This document shows, piece by piece, positions 10,528 through 21,462 of a stretch of DNA of 64,000 nt. The translations under genes were made by a program, and so were the position numbers. Location of the stretch: the NCBI GenBank assembly GCA_963804165.1, contig CAWDPO010000011.1:134578-198577 (forward strand), read 5' to 3'. Below the pieces are notes generated by a model, which saw only the letters and a list, made by a program, of their open reading frames with translations, had not been told where the DNA came from and did no database searches. The stretch's first letter is position 1. Each line of letters starts with the position of its first letter. The DNA is from an uncultured delta proteobacterium (GTDB lineage Bacteria > Desulfobacterota > Binatia > UBA9968).

Positions 10528-11521
10528 TTATTTGCGGCCATAGAGCTTGTCGACGAAGCCGCTTTTTTTCATCTCGTCGACGAAGCGGAGCTCGACCATA
10601 TCCTCGGCTTTGAATTTCGCGGCGCGCGGGTCGGTCAAGCGCTTGAACATCCAGCGTTTGCTTCAATCCTTCGATGGTCGGATAGGTGTCTTCGACAAGC
10701 AGCTCGGAGTTCGCCGCGTGGGCCGCTTCCAAAATTTCGCGCGGCAGGCCGCGAGTGTATTTTTGCATGATCTTGACCGATTCATCTTTGCGCGTTTTGA
10801 AAAAATGAATCGACTCCGCCATGGTCCAAACCACACGGCGCACTTCGTCGGGATTCTCGCGAATTTTCTTGCGCGTGGTGACGCTGCAATTGAACTGAAA
10901 CGGCACGTTCAGTTTCGCCATGTCGATGATCACTTTAAGCCCCAATTTTTCTCCCTGGAGTTTTTCGCCGTCGGTGACCACGGTGAAATCCGCCTGACCC
11001 TGGGTGACGGCGGCGAGCCTGGCGGGCGCGCCGCCCACGGTGATCGCTTTGATTTCTTTGTAAGGGATGCCGGCTTTCGTAAGCGCAAGGCGCATGGCGA
11101 AATCCGCCGAGGTGCCGGGGATATGCACCGCCGCCGCGCGTCCTTTGAGCATTTCCGGCGACTTGATATTGGCGTTGCCGATGATGAAGTAGGGCAGGGT
11201 GTTCATCTGGCTTTGAATGATCGCGATGTCTCCGCCGGCGAGCTTGGCGTTGATGACCGCCGTTCCCACCGCGCCGCTGTAGCCGAGATCGCCGGCGATC
11301 AGGCTCTGAATGCCGCGCACGCTGCCGTTGATGAAGATCGTATCGAGATCAAGGCCATGCTTCTTGAAGATGCCGGCTTCTTTCGCGATCCAATAGATCA
11401 CCGAAGAATTGGTCGAATCCGAAATGTAGGCGATGTAGCTTTTCGCCTCGGCCGCGCGGCCGGATAAAGTCCACGAGACGAACAACGCGCCAAGGATCAT
11501 CGGACGAAAATGGATCTTCAT
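10528..11521 (-). CDS. ABC transporter substrate-binding protein (NMT1/SsuA-like), frameshift near 10637
   Basis: Signal peptide, WIAKEAGIFKKHGLD, IQSLIAG. The true C-terminus ...DKLYGRK* is in a shifted frame. Confidence 0.85.
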
Positions 11522-11617
11522 GACGGTGCCTCCTTTGACTGCCACAGGCGGTGCAAGCCGCGGTCACGCTTATCGCATCAACTGACACTGGGCAAGAGGG
11601 TTTGGTGAGTCGAAGAG

Positions 11618-12799
11618 CTATTTCAAAGCCGCCCAGTGCTTGGCCGTGAGAGCGAGTCCCACTGCGCACAAAATGGCCGCGCTGATGTACATCCAACTAA
11701 AGCCCGCGATGTCTACGATGAAACCATTAAAGAGCGCGCCCACGCCGTTGCTGAGAGGAAACGCCACGGAAAAACTCGCCATCGCCCGGGCGCGTCTTTC
11801 GACCGGCGCGCTTTCCATGGCGAGGGCGAGAATTTGCGCGCCGCCAATGGCGGAGCCGAGATACCAGAGCGCGCCGCCGATGATAATGCCCGCGAGATTC
11901 GTAACCATCGGCATGATGAGCAATGCGATGGTTTCCAATCCAAAGGCGACGATAAGCGAACGGCCGCAACCGATTTTATCCGAGACGCGGCCGAGGAGCG
12001 GGCGAGCTACGGTGCTCGTGATGCCGATCGCGACGTAGTACCAGCCGAAATGGCTGACGCCGAGTTGTCGCGCGTAGAGCACGACAAAACTCGAAATACA
12101 GGGCAGCGAAAGGTGCAGCGTAAAAAGCAGCGCGGCGGCCAAGACAATGTGGCGGTCGAAGATGTTGAGGATTTCGCGCCACCAGATTTCACCCCCGTCG
12201 GGTTCGGTCCGGTGCGGCTGTGGCGGTACTTGCCGCGACAATAGATAGGCCGCAACCGCGCCCATGAGCACCAGGCTCGTGGCGACAAGAAACACCGCAT
12301 TGAATCCGCCCTGGGGTGCGTCGATGATCCACAACGCAACGGCCGGGAACAATATCGTCGCGGTCGACTGCACTCCTCCGTAGTAACCGGATGCTTCGCC
12401 GCGGCGGTTTGCGGGTGCCGCGGTGGCGAGCAGCGTGTAGCCGCCAGTGTTCATGCCGGACCAACCGATGCCTCGGAGGCCGTTGGCCATCATCGTCGCC
12501 CCGGCGAAAGGGATGAGACAGATCAGACTGCCCAGAGTTTGCGTCAGCAGACCCAGGATCATGACACCGGTGACGCTCCAACGGTCCGCCCAATAGCCGA
12601 GGATTGGCCGCGAGATGACGCTGGTGACACCGAAGGATGCAATCACCAACCCGACGACAAAAGGCGAGCCGCCGAGATGTGTAATGTAAAGCGGAAAGGT
12701 GGGTTGGAGAACGAAGTGCTGCGCGTAGCCCAGGAATTCCGCCAAGCAGAGCAGGGCGAAGACGCGGGTCCAAATCGATTCGGGCTTGTTAACATTCAT
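11618..12799 (-). CDS. MFS transporter (paralog 3 of a tandem trio)
   Basis: About 12 TM segments, GYWADRW, RRGEASGYY, GRVSDKIG. Confidence 0.9.
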   Translation of the reverse strand: MNVNKPESIWTRVFALLCLAEFLGYAQHFVLQPTFPLYITHLGGSPFVVGLVIASFGVTSVISRPILGYWADRWSVTGVMILGLLTQTLGSLICLIPFAGATMMANGLRGIGWSGMNTGGYTLLATAAPANRRGEASGYYGGVQSTATILFPAVALWIIDAPQGGFNAVFLVATSLVLMGAVAAYLLSRQVPPQPHRTEPDGGEIWWREILNIFDRHIVLAAALLFTLHLSLPCISSFVVLYARQLGVSHFGWYYVAIGITSTVARPLLGRVSDKIGCGRSLIVAFGLETIALLIMPMVTNLAGIIIGGALWYLGSAIGGAQILALAMESAPVERRARAMASFSVAFPLSNGVGALFNGFIVDIAGFSWMYISAAILCAVGLALTAKHWAALK

Positions 12800-12812
12800 T
12801 GATGAGCATTCG

Positions 12813-14009
12813 TCAATTTGACTGCGCTCTGAGGTTGGCCGCGTTGATCAATACGAAGATCAACCCCAGCGCCTGCACCGCGGTCAAGATGAAAAACATG
12901 CCGGTGTAGCCGGCGAATTCCACGGCGCTACCGGTGAGCAGCGAGCCCATGCCGTAGCTCAGCGGATATGCGATCGAGAAAGTCGCCATTTGCTTGCCGC
13001 GGCGCTGCGGGTCGGCGCGCTCGAGCGCGATCGCCAGGGTGGTCGAGCTGCCGATGGCATTGCCGAGCATGTAAACCACGCCGCAGACAATCATGCCGAC
13101 GAGATTTGAAACCGTCGTGATCAGCAGCAGGCTTGCTACCTGCAAACCAAATCCAGCGGCGACCGAGAGATCGCGCCCGATCTTATCGGAGAGCCGGCCG
13201 AGCAGCGGACGCGCCAGCAAGCTCGTTATGCCGACGATGATGAAGAACGGTCCGAAATTTGTCACGCCGAGCTCGCGGGCGTAGAGCACGCTAAAGTTCG
13301 TGATCGCAGGCAGCGAAACGTTCAGCCACAGCAGCATGACCGACGGTAGCAAGATATCGTGCTCGATGAAATGAAATATCTCGCGCCACCATTGGCGAGA
13401 TGTTGTCGGTGCCGCGTTGGGACGCGCGGCATGAGTCACGTGGCGCGCCGTCATCCCGCCGAGCACGGCGCCGAGCCAAGAAAAGATTGTCGTGGCGAGA
13501 AACACGGCGGAAAAACCGCCGAACGATTGATGGAGCAGCCAGAGGGCGAAAGCCGGAAACAAAATCGACGAGGCGCTTTGCACGCCGCTGTATAAACCGG
13601 AGGCTTCGCCGCGGCGCGACTCGGGTGCGATATGCGCCAGCAGCGAATAACCGCCGGTATTGAGTCCGCCCCAGCCGATGCCGCGCAAACCGTTGGCGAG
13701 CATCGCGGTTTCCACCCGCGGAATGAAGCAGAAACAGATACTCGCGCCTTGGAAAAGGAGTCCGGAGATCATCACTCCCGCTTCGCTCCAACGGTCGGCC
13801 CAGTGGCCGACGAGCGGCCGGACGATGACGCTGGTGGCGGCGAAACAGGCGAGCACCATGCCGACGATAAAGGGCGAGCCGCCGAGCTGGGTGACATAGA
13901 GGGGTAAGACCGGAGCGAGCATGGCGTTCTGCGCGTAGCCCAAAAACTGCGCCGCGCAGAGGATCAAGAATGTCTTTGTCCAAATCGTGTCCGGCGAGTT
14001 GTTGCTCAT
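12813..14009 (-). CDS. MFS transporter (paralog 2 of a tandem trio)
   Basis: GHWADRW, RRGEASGLY, GRLSDKIGR. Confidence 0.9.
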   Translation of the reverse strand: MSNNSPDTIWTKTFLILCAAQFLGYAQNAMLAPVLPLYVTQLGGSPFIVGMVLACFAATSVIVRPLVGHWADRWSEAGVMISGLLFQGASICFCFIPRVETAMLANGLRGIGWGGLNTGGYSLLAHIAPESRRGEASGLYSGVQSASSILFPAFALWLLHQSFGGFSAVFLATTIFSWLGAVLGGMTARHVTHAARPNAAPTTSRQWWREIFHFIEHDILLPSVMLLWLNVSLPAITNFSVLYARELGVTNFGPFFIIVGITSLLARPLLGRLSDKIGRDLSVAAGFGLQVASLLLITTVSNLVGMIVCGVVYMLGNAIGSSTTLAIALERADPQRRGKQMATFSIAYPLSYGMGSLLTGSAVEFAGYTGMFFILTAVQALGLIFVLINAANLRAQSN

Positions 14010-14031
14010 GAAATCTTTTCCGCCGGCAATC

Positions 14032-15213
14032 TCATCTAAGGCGCGCGCGGCTCAAGACTGTCACGATCAGACCGAGCGCCGCGATGCCGGCAGCGGTGAG
14101 ATACATCCAAAAATATCCAAACGATTGAACCACAGCGCCGCAGACCAGCGCGCCGACGCCGTTGCTCAGCGGTAAGGCGATGGAAAACGTCGCCATGGCT
14201 CTGCCTCTCCGTTCGGGTTTGGCCTGTTCCATGGCGATCGCCAAGGTTGTCGAACTGCTCATGGCCAGACCCACCATATACAGCGCGCCCGAAATCATCA
14301 GGGCGATGAGCGTGGCAGCGTGGGCTAGAGTTACGAGAGCGAGTGTCTGTAGAACAAAACACGCGAGCAAGGCGCGGCGCCGGCCGATCTTGTCGGAAAC
14401 CTTGCCCAACAGCGGACGCGCGAGAATGCTGGTCGTGCCGCTGGCGACGTAGAACCAACCAATGTTGTCGATGCCGAGCTCCCGAGCATAGAGCACTAGG
14501 AAACTGGCCACCGCCGGAAAAGTCACATGGGAGCTGAACGATAGCACCGAGGCAAGAATGATTTCCCGGTCCAAAACATTCAAAATCTCCTGCCACCAGG
14601 GTCCGGGCTCGCTACTTTGCCGATCGTGAATCTTCTTGGGCGCTTGTCGAGCGAGGATCGTGCTGGTGCCGGCGCCGAGTGCGGCTAGAACAATCGCTAC
14701 GACGAAAACCACCTGGAAGCCACCGAACGGCGCGTCGATGAGCCACAGCGCCACCGCCGGCAACAAAATGGTCCCGCTGGCTTGGACGCCGCTATAATAA
14801 CCCGATGCTTCGCCGCGCCGTTGCGGCGGAGCGCTGAGCGCGAGCAAAGAATAACCGGCGGCGCTCATCGCCGCCCAGCCGATGCCGCGAAGAGCGTTGG
14901 CGAACATGGTCGCTTCGGGGTACGGGATGAAGCAGATCAACACCGCGGCGGATAACAACGACAGGCCGCAAACGGATACACCCGCTTCGGACCATTGGTC
15001 GGCCCAGCCGCCGATGAGTGGACGGAAGACGACGCTGGTCACGGCGAAGCAGGCGAGCACGAGGCCGACTTTAAACGGCGTGCCGCCGAGAGAGGTGATG
15101 TAAAGCGGAAAGGTCGGTTGCAGCAGCGCGTGTTGAGCCGAACCGAAAAACTGAGCGCCGCAGAGTAACGCGAAGACCGGAGTCCACAGGGACTGGGATT
15201 TTTGTGCGGCCAT
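14032..15213 (-). CDS. MFS transporter (paralog 1 of a tandem trio)
   Basis: ORF 14032..15282, likely ATG at 15213. GGWADQW, RRGEASGYY, GKVSDKIGRR. Confidence 0.9.
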   Translation of the reverse strand: MAAQKSQSLWTPVFALLCGAQFFGSAQHALLQPTFPLYITSLGGTPFKVGLVLACFAVTSVVFRPLIGGWADQWSEAGVSVCGLSLLSAAVLICFIPYPEATMFANALRGIGWAAMSAAGYSLLALSAPPQRRGEASGYYSGVQASGTILLPAVALWLIDAPFGGFQVVFVVAIVLAALGAGTSTILARQAPKKIHDRQSSEPGPWWQEILNVLDREIILASVLSFSSHVTFPAVASFLVLYARELGIDNIGWFYVASGTTSILARPLLGKVSDKIGRRRALLACFVLQTLALVTLAHAATLIALMISGALYMVGLAMSSSTTLAIAMEQAKPERRGRAMATFSIALPLSNGVGALVCGAVVQSFGYFWMYLTAAGIAALGLIVTVLSRARLR

Positions 15214-15685
15214 GAAAGCGAAGATTTGCCGAAAAGGTTCTTTGCGCGGCCTGTCGAGTTCCAGACGAGGCGAGGAGTGCAAAGCGCATCCAAACTAACA
15301 CGAAGCAAAGGCGGAAGCGAGATGGAATTTAGAGAAACGCCACCACCGAGCGCCGCCTCTCAAGCTTCTGCCCGCATACACGCAGCGGTTGCAAGGCACG
15401 AGATGGGTGACATCGGCACAGCGAGTTTGTTTGGATGTTGTGGAAGTGGAAGTAGGGTTGCGATCAAGATGATCTGCGCTTGATCAAACTACCGACGAGT
15501 TGGTTTGATCAAAAATAGCAGAACAGGAAGGCAGCAGGTCGAATTGTTGAAGGTTGAGGCCAAACCGATCCCACCATCAACCGGATCCAGCAGTTGCGGG
15601 ATCGAATCGAACAAAAGAACTCAACACTCAGGGTGCGAGCCGCGTGTTCAAGTTTCTTGCAAAAAAGATAGTCGAGTGTTTTGTC

Positions 15686-16039
15686 TCAGAGCCCGGCAGA
15701 CGCGAAACTTTGGTTCGACGCTTCGTGAGTCATAGGCTCGGGGGAGGGCAGAAATCTCTGTCCGCGCCCCACCATCGTAGAAAGAAAATTGTATTCGCAC
15801 GCATCACAAATGAGCGCTGAGAGCGGTAGTTGCTCGGTACAGTTTGGACACTTCTTTAGCGCCGGGATGCGCGGCCTGTCAAAAAGTCGATCGGAAACGG
15901 AATTATTCGCAAGCTTGCTTTCCGCTACAAAAGTTTTGAAAGAGCGGGCGTATTTCTTTTTCGCTATCATTGCCGCCAGAAAAACGAGGATCAGCGCTAT
16001 TGCAGAAAAATGAAGAATATTTAAGCCGTCGGCCATCAT
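15686..16039 (-). CDS. Small membrane-anchored zinc-ribbon protein
   Basis: N-terminal TM helix (FSAIALILVFLAAMIA) then KKCPNC-x10-CDAC. A GGAG RBS precedes ATG 16039. Confidence 0.65.
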   Translation of the reverse strand: MMADGLNILHFSAIALILVFLAAMIAKKKYARSFKTFVAESKLANNSVSDRLFDRPRIPALKKCPNCTEQLPLSALICDACEYNFLSTMVGRGQRFLPSPEPMTHEASNQSFASAGL

Positions 16040-16744
16040 AAGAGTTCTCCCGTCCGTCTCTACCCATTCCGCTAAGATTGAAAAATTTCCCATAATCGAT
16101 TGGTACTGATGTAGAGCAACGGGAATGCCGAAAAACGGTGTTTATTCATTACGCTAGGATGGCACGCATGTCCGCAAATGTGCCAATCCCGTCCATTGTC
16201 AAACTGCCCCAATTCTGCCCAGGGATGGAACAACGGGTTTTTTAGCCCGCGTGATCGGCGGTGGCCGGGTCGAGGTTTCAGGAAGAAACTTGAGGCCGCA
16301 CGCCGGTCGGTCGCGACTTTAGGCCATCCGATCCGGTGAGATGAATTGGCGGTAGATGAGTTCACGCGTGGGCGATGGAACTTGAATACATTCCCTGTCA
16401 TTCATTTCGTGCCTTCGCTCCGGAGGGTTGAATCGCGCGGACAACCCGGAAGCGGATCACCGCGGGCGGAACAGGATCTATCGCGCCAGTCATTTCGCTT
16501 TTCGACTCCTTCTAGAACCAGACTCACTGACACTCGGAGCCAGACCGAACTCTCCATGTCCTCGCGACTCTGCCCGCAACGAGACGCGGATAAACACGCC
16601 GCACGAACACGATCACGATGGCTCGGAGACGGCGAGCCATCGGCGCTCGATTTCGACGCTAGCAGATCCGGCGAGAAAAATGACTGCGATGAAACCGTAC
16701 CCAAGTCACTTGCATAATGATAGTTACTGGAGTATATTTTTTCT

Positions 16745-17302
16745 ATGCAACGTAAAAGCTTCGGGAAGATGGCCTGTCCTATCGCGCGCAGCCTTGAGCG
16801 GGTCGGCGAGTGGTGGAGCATCCTGATTATTCGCGACGCCTTGCACGGGTTCACGCGCTTTGACGAATTCCAGAAGAGCCTGAACATCGCGCCCAACATG
16901 CTGACCCGGCGGTTGAACGCTTTGGTCGATGCCGGTCTCCTGCAGCGCCGTCGTTACAACGAACGGCCGCCGCGCTACGAGTATATTCTGACTGAGCGGG
17001 GCCGCGACTTTCGCTCGGTCATAGTGGCGATGTTCGCCTGGGGCAACAGGCACTTCGCTCCCGAGGGCGCCAGCGTATTGCTCATCGATAAAAAGTCCCG
17101 CGCGGTGGCCGATCCGGTGCTGGTCGATCGAAAAAGCGGTCGACCCTTCACCGAGCGCGACTATGGATTTGCCGCCGGTCCTGCCGCCAGCGAGAGCACG
17201 CGCCGCCGCTACGCATTCATCCAGCAGAAACAAATCGCCGCGCAGCAGTCGTCGAAAGCGGTGCGCGGCAGTCTCCAAGGCAGAAAGCCCAGGGCGTCAT
17301 GA
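16745..17302 (+). CDS. HxlR-family winged-helix transcriptional regulator
   Basis: CPIARSLERVGEWWSILIIRD, RFDEFQ, RYEYILTERG. Confidence 0.92.
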   Translation: MQRKSFGKMACPIARSLERVGEWWSILIIRDALHGFTRFDEFQKSLNIAPNMLTRRLNALVDAGLLQRRRYNERPPRYEYILTERGRDFRSVIVAMFAWGNRHFAPEGASVLLIDKKSRAVADPVLVDRKSGRPFTERDYGFAAGPAASESTRRRYAFIQQKQIAAQQSSKAVRGSLQGRKPRAS

Positions 17303-18714
17303 TTACCGCAGCAAGCCGCCAGGCAGTAATCGCCGCTCCCGTCGTTGCGCCGCCGCGAGCTGCTGCTGAAGTCGACTCACGCACGCGCCAGCTATTGCGC
17401 GGAGCCATCGTTCCTACGTTGCTGCGTCTTGCTTGGCCCAATATCCTCGTCATGCTAGCCCAGGCGTCTACGGGGTTGATCGAAACCTGGTGGGTTTCGC
17501 ATCTCGGCACCGACGCGTTGGCCGGGATGGCGCTGGTATTTCCCGTTGTCATGTTGATGCAGATGGTTTCCGCCGGAGCCATGGGCGGCGGCATCTCTTC
17601 GGCGGTCGCGCGGGCATTGGGGGCCGGGCGCCGCGATGAAGCCGACTCGCTGGTATTGCATGCGGTTGTCGTCAACGTTGCTCTAGGTGTTTTCTTCTCG
17701 ATCGTCATGCTCGCATTCGGTTCGACGATATACCGCGCGTTGGGTGGGACAGGCGGCGAGCTGCAGACGGCGCTCAGCTACTCCAACGTTGTCTTCGCCG
17801 GCAACGTTTTACTCTGGACCATGAACGCGCTGGCGAGCGTGATCCGTGGCACCGGCAACATGCTGGTGCCGGCCATGGTCATCTGCGCGGGTGTGATTGT
17901 TCTCGTGCCGCTCTCGCCTTTTCTGATCTTCGGCGTTGGTCCTTTCCCGGAGCTTGGCGTGGCCGGAGCGGGATTGGCGCTTGTTCTTTTCTATGCGGCG
18001 GGAACCGCGGTTCTTCTCTGGTACATCCTTTCCGGACGCAACCTGGCGCGCTTGCGGTTGACGCCTCTGCGTTGGCCGCTGTTTCGCGATATTTTAGCCG
18101 TGGGTGCGGTCGCCGCGATTACCTCACTGCAAACCAACGTGACGATCGCGCTCGCCACAGCGTTGGTCGCTGGCGTCTCCGGAACCAACGCTGTCGCCGG
18201 CTACGGCACTGGTGTGCGCTTGGAGTATCTACTGGTGCCGGTGATCTTCGGCTTGGGTGCGCCGCTGGTGGCGTTCGTCGGCACCAACATCGGCGCTGGC
18301 CAAAAACAAAGAGCGCTGCGCATCGCGCTGGTCGGCGGCGCCATCGCCTTTGCAATCAGCGAAGCGCTCGGGCTGATCGCAGCGCTTTGGCCGCAGGCGT
18401 GGCTCGCGCTCTTCAGTCCCGATCCCGGCGTGATCGAGACGGGCAGCGCTTACTTGCGCATCGTCGGACCGACGTATGGATTCTTTGGCTTGGGCCTGGC
18501 GCTCTATTTCGCATCCCAAGGCGCCGCGCGGCTTTTCTGGCCTTTGTTAACGGGATTCCTGCGTGTCTTGGTCGCAATCGGCGGTGGCTGGCTTGTGCTT
18601 CATCTGACCGGCTCGCTCAACTGGCTGTTCGCGGCGCTCGGCTTGGGCCTGATCGTCTATGGTGTTGGCATTACGGTCGCGGTCAGATCTGGGTCGTGGT
18701 TCAATCGTGAGTAA
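17299..18714 (+). CDS. MATE family efflux transporter
   Basis: LLRLAWP, LGTDALAG, GTNIGAG, YLRIVGP. ATGA overlap with the regulator. Confidence 0.92.
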   Translation: MITAASRQAVIAAPVVAPPRAAAEVDSRTRQLLRGAIVPTLLRLAWPNILVMLAQASTGLIETWWVSHLGTDALAGMALVFPVVMLMQMVSAGAMGGGISSAVARALGAGRRDEADSLVLHAVVVNVALGVFFSIVMLAFGSTIYRALGGTGGELQTALSYSNVVFAGNVLLWTMNALASVIRGTGNMLVPAMVICAGVIVLVPLSPFLIFGVGPFPELGVAGAGLALVLFYAAGTAVLLWYILSGRNLARLRLTPLRWPLFRDILAVGAVAAITSLQTNVTIALATALVAGVSGTNAVAGYGTGVRLEYLLVPVIFGLGAPLVAFVGTNIGAGQKQRALRIALVGGAIAFAISEALGLIAALWPQAWLALFSPDPGVIETGSAYLRIVGPTYGFFGLGLALYFASQGAARLFWPLLTGFLRVLVAIGGGWLVLHLTGSLNWLFAALGLGLIVYGVGITVAVRSGSWFNRE

Positions 18715-18930
18715 TCCATAAAAGAGCCCGGTTAACCGCAATGAATGATAATGCAGTTAGCTGCTTCCGTGCTCCCGGCACGACAAATGTTCACCGTTCA
18801 AACCTCCGCGGAAATGTAGAAAATGCGCGGTGCGCGTGATTGCAGATCGCGTAAACGCGAAAAGCTGATCTAGACATTTTTGCGGAGTTGGAGTAAGCGG
18901 GTTCTTTGAGCCACCGGAACAGAGCAAAGC

Positions 18931-19926
18931 ATGAAACGAAGCGTGACGTCGATATTGCTAGTTGCTTTACTGCTGGCGCCGCTGTCTAAATTAGCGGCCG
19001 CGGAAGTGCCGCTCAAAGTCGTCAACGTCGCGGTGCCGGCGGTGTCGCTCTTGCAATCGCCGCTGTTCGTCGCCATCGATGCCGGCGCGTTTAAAAAATA
19101 CGGTATGGAGGTTCGCTACATCGTCACCGGCGCGCGCACGATTCAGGCACTGGTCGGCGGCTCGGTGCAGTTCGCCCAGGGGGTTTCCAGCCGTACCGTG
19201 CCCGCGGCGGTGTTGGCGGGAGCGGACGCGGTGTTGATCGCAAACTTCAGCGACAAGCTCTTGTTCACCATGCACAGCGCGCCGGAAATAAATTCGCTGC
19301 AAGATTTGAAAGGTAAGGTCGTGGGTGTCTCCGGCATCGGTGGCTCCACCGACTTCGCCACACGGCTGGCGCTCCGGGAAGCCGGGCTCACTCCCGATAA
19401 AGATGTCGTAATCCGCGGCGTGGGCGGCGTGCCCGAGACTGTCGCGGCGCTCAAAGCCAAAGCTGTGCAAGCCGGCACGCTTTCGCCGCCCTCTTCCTTT
19501 GTCGCGCAGAAGGCCGGCTTTAAACTATTATTCGATATGTCGAGCTTGGGCGTGGATTACGTGTCGTCGGGGCTCGGCGTTAAAAAATCTTATCTGACCG
19601 CCAATCGGCTCGAAGCCAAGCAGTTTCTCATGGCGATGATCGAGGGGGCAAAAATTTTGACCACCAACGAGGAATTCGCATTGCGCGTGCTCGCCAAGCA
19701 CACGCGCATCTCGGATCGCGAGGTTTTAAAAGACAGCTATAATTACCTGCGGCCATTTTTCTTAAAAGTCCCTTATCCGTCGCAACGAGCGATCAAAGAT
19801 ACCCTGGACATTCTCGCCAAGGATCTGCCCAAAGCGAAAGACGCCGACCCCAAGGATTTCATCGACAACTCGCTGGTGCGAGAACTCGAATCGAGCCGCT
19901 ATATCGAGAGTGTTTATGGCAAATGA
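18931..19926 (+). CDS. ABC transporter substrate-binding protein (NMT1/SsuA-like)
   Basis: Signal peptide, IQALVGGSV, DLKGKVVGVSGIGGSTD, DFIDNSLVRELE. Confidence 0.9.
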   Translation: MKRSVTSILLVALLLAPLSKLAAAEVPLKVVNVAVPAVSLLQSPLFVAIDAGAFKKYGMEVRYIVTGARTIQALVGGSVQFAQGVSSRTVPAAVLAGADAVLIANFSDKLLFTMHSAPEINSLQDLKGKVVGVSGIGGSTDFATRLALREAGLTPDKDVVIRGVGGVPETVAALKAKAVQAGTLSPPSSFVAQKAGFKLLFDMSSLGVDYVSSGLGVKKSYLTANRLEAKQFLMAMIEGAKILTTNEEFALRVLAKHTRISDREVLKDSYNYLRPFFLKVPYPSQRAIKDTLDILAKDLPKAKDADPKDFIDNSLVRELESSRYIESVYGK

Positions 19927-21079
19927 CACGCAATACCGCTTTATCTCCGCCGACGATCACATTGACCTGCGCTGGTTGCCGGAAGATCTCTGGAGGGCGC
20001 GTCTGCCGGCCAAGCTGCGCGAGCGCGGTCCGCGCGTCGTCGAAAACGACAAGGGCTCGTTCTGGACCTGGGAAGGCCAGACCTTCAGCCCGCACGGTTA
20101 CTACACGGCGGCGCAGGGTAGCGGCGCCATGTGGGCCATCGAGCGCGGCGGCGTGATGCGCGAGGGCGAGCTGCGTCCCACCACGGCGGAACTTCGCTTG
20201 AGCGACATGGACAGAGACGGCGCCGATGTGTCGGTCATGTACGGTCCCACCGACCCGATGGCGATTGAAGATGCGGAACTGAGACGCGCTTGCTACGAGG
20301 CGTACAATGATTGGTTGAGCGAATTCTGCGCCGCGAAACCCGAGCGTTTGATCGGCGTTGCGCAGCTCTCCATGGAAGATCCTGAGGCCGCGCATGATGA
20401 GCTCGCGCGTCTGGCCCAAGGGCGCGGCCTGCGCCATGTTAACATACTCGCCTCGCGCGCCAATCCCCCGGTGTATGATGAGCGTTGGGAATCTTTTTGG
20501 GCGCTGGCCGAGGAAGTCGGCATTCCTATCGGTTTCCACCTCGCGGTGCTCGTCAAAAAGACCCGCCTCGACGAAGCCAACCGCGGCGCCGTCAACCTGG
20601 TGGTCGCTACCGCATCGCGTTTTGCCCAGGAGCCGCCCGGCATGCAACTGCTTGAACCGATGACCGGTCTGATCTTCAACGGCGTGCTCGATCGCCATCC
20701 GCGCGTCAAGATCGTCATGGCCGAAGCCGGCCTCGCCTGGGTGCCGAGCATGATTCAGGGCCTCGATATCTGGTACCAGCGAACGAAAGACGGCCGCAGG
20801 CTGACAGGCGACGGTCCGATCACGCTGCCGAAATTACTGCCCAGCGAATATTTTCACCGGCAAATCTGGATCAGCTTCGTCGACGATCCCCTCGGCGTGA
20901 AAATGGTCGGCAACGTCCTCGACGCCGACAAGGTAATGTTCGGCTCCGACTACCCCCACCCGGCCAGCACCTGGCCCGACTCGCAGAAGGTCATTGCAGA
21001 CGCCGCGCGAAATCTACCGGCCGGCATCCGGCAAAAAATATTCCGCGACAATGCCCGCGCCCTGTTTGGAATTGAATAA
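19916..21079 (+). CDS. Amidohydrolase_2 family protein
   Basis: ISADDH, DMDRDG, AYNDWLSEFC, AEAGLAWVP, MFGSDYPH. Start overlaps the SBP stop. Confidence 0.9.
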   Translation: MANDTQYRFISADDHIDLRWLPEDLWRARLPAKLRERGPRVVENDKGSFWTWEGQTFSPHGYYTAAQGSGAMWAIERGGVMREGELRPTTAELRLSDMDRDGADVSVMYGPTDPMAIEDAELRRACYEAYNDWLSEFCAAKPERLIGVAQLSMEDPEAAHDELARLAQGRGLRHVNILASRANPPVYDERWESFWALAEEVGIPIGFHLAVLVKKTRLDEANRGAVNLVVATASRFAQEPPGMQLLEPMTGLIFNGVLDRHPRVKIVMAEAGLAWVPSMIQGLDIWYQRTKDGRRLTGDGPITLPKLLPSEYFHRQIWISFVDDPLGVKMVGNVLDADKVMFGSDYPHPASTWPDSQKVIADAARNLPAGIRQKIFRDNARALFGIE

Positions 21080-21462
21080 CGATTCCTACTGGAACCTCGG
21101 CGACTCGTGATTTTGCGCTTGCGAGGATCGAGCAGTTTGTCGAGTTAACCAGCCTAGATCCAGACTTTTTGATTGAGCAAATCCGGCTGTCGCAGCGCTT
21201 GGCGTGATCGCTCTCCCGAAGTCTTTTCCCTCCCCCGCTTGCGGGCGAGGGTCTGACTAAGGAAGGCAGGGAGTCGAATTATAAAGGTTGAACCTAAGCC
21301 ACTCCCGCGACTTTCGTAATTGCGCATTGTCTCGATCGCGACCGACGCTTCCTTTGTCCTAACGCTTGGGCTGCGGCCGGCGCCGACGCTCGGAGCGTGG
21401 CTCCGGCGCAATTGGGATTGTTCAGCTCGGAGAAAGAGTTAGACTATTCTGCAGTGACGACG

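Noticed and set aside
15300-15685. Possible ncRNA or operator around the TTGATCAAAC...GTTTGATCAA palindrome (15480-15512)
   Set aside because: A single hairpin with no recognisable RNA family or second copy, so the support is insufficient.
16072-16700. Coupled small minus-strand ORFs starting MTG
   Set aside because: No recognisable motifs or convincing coding bias, so they may be chance.
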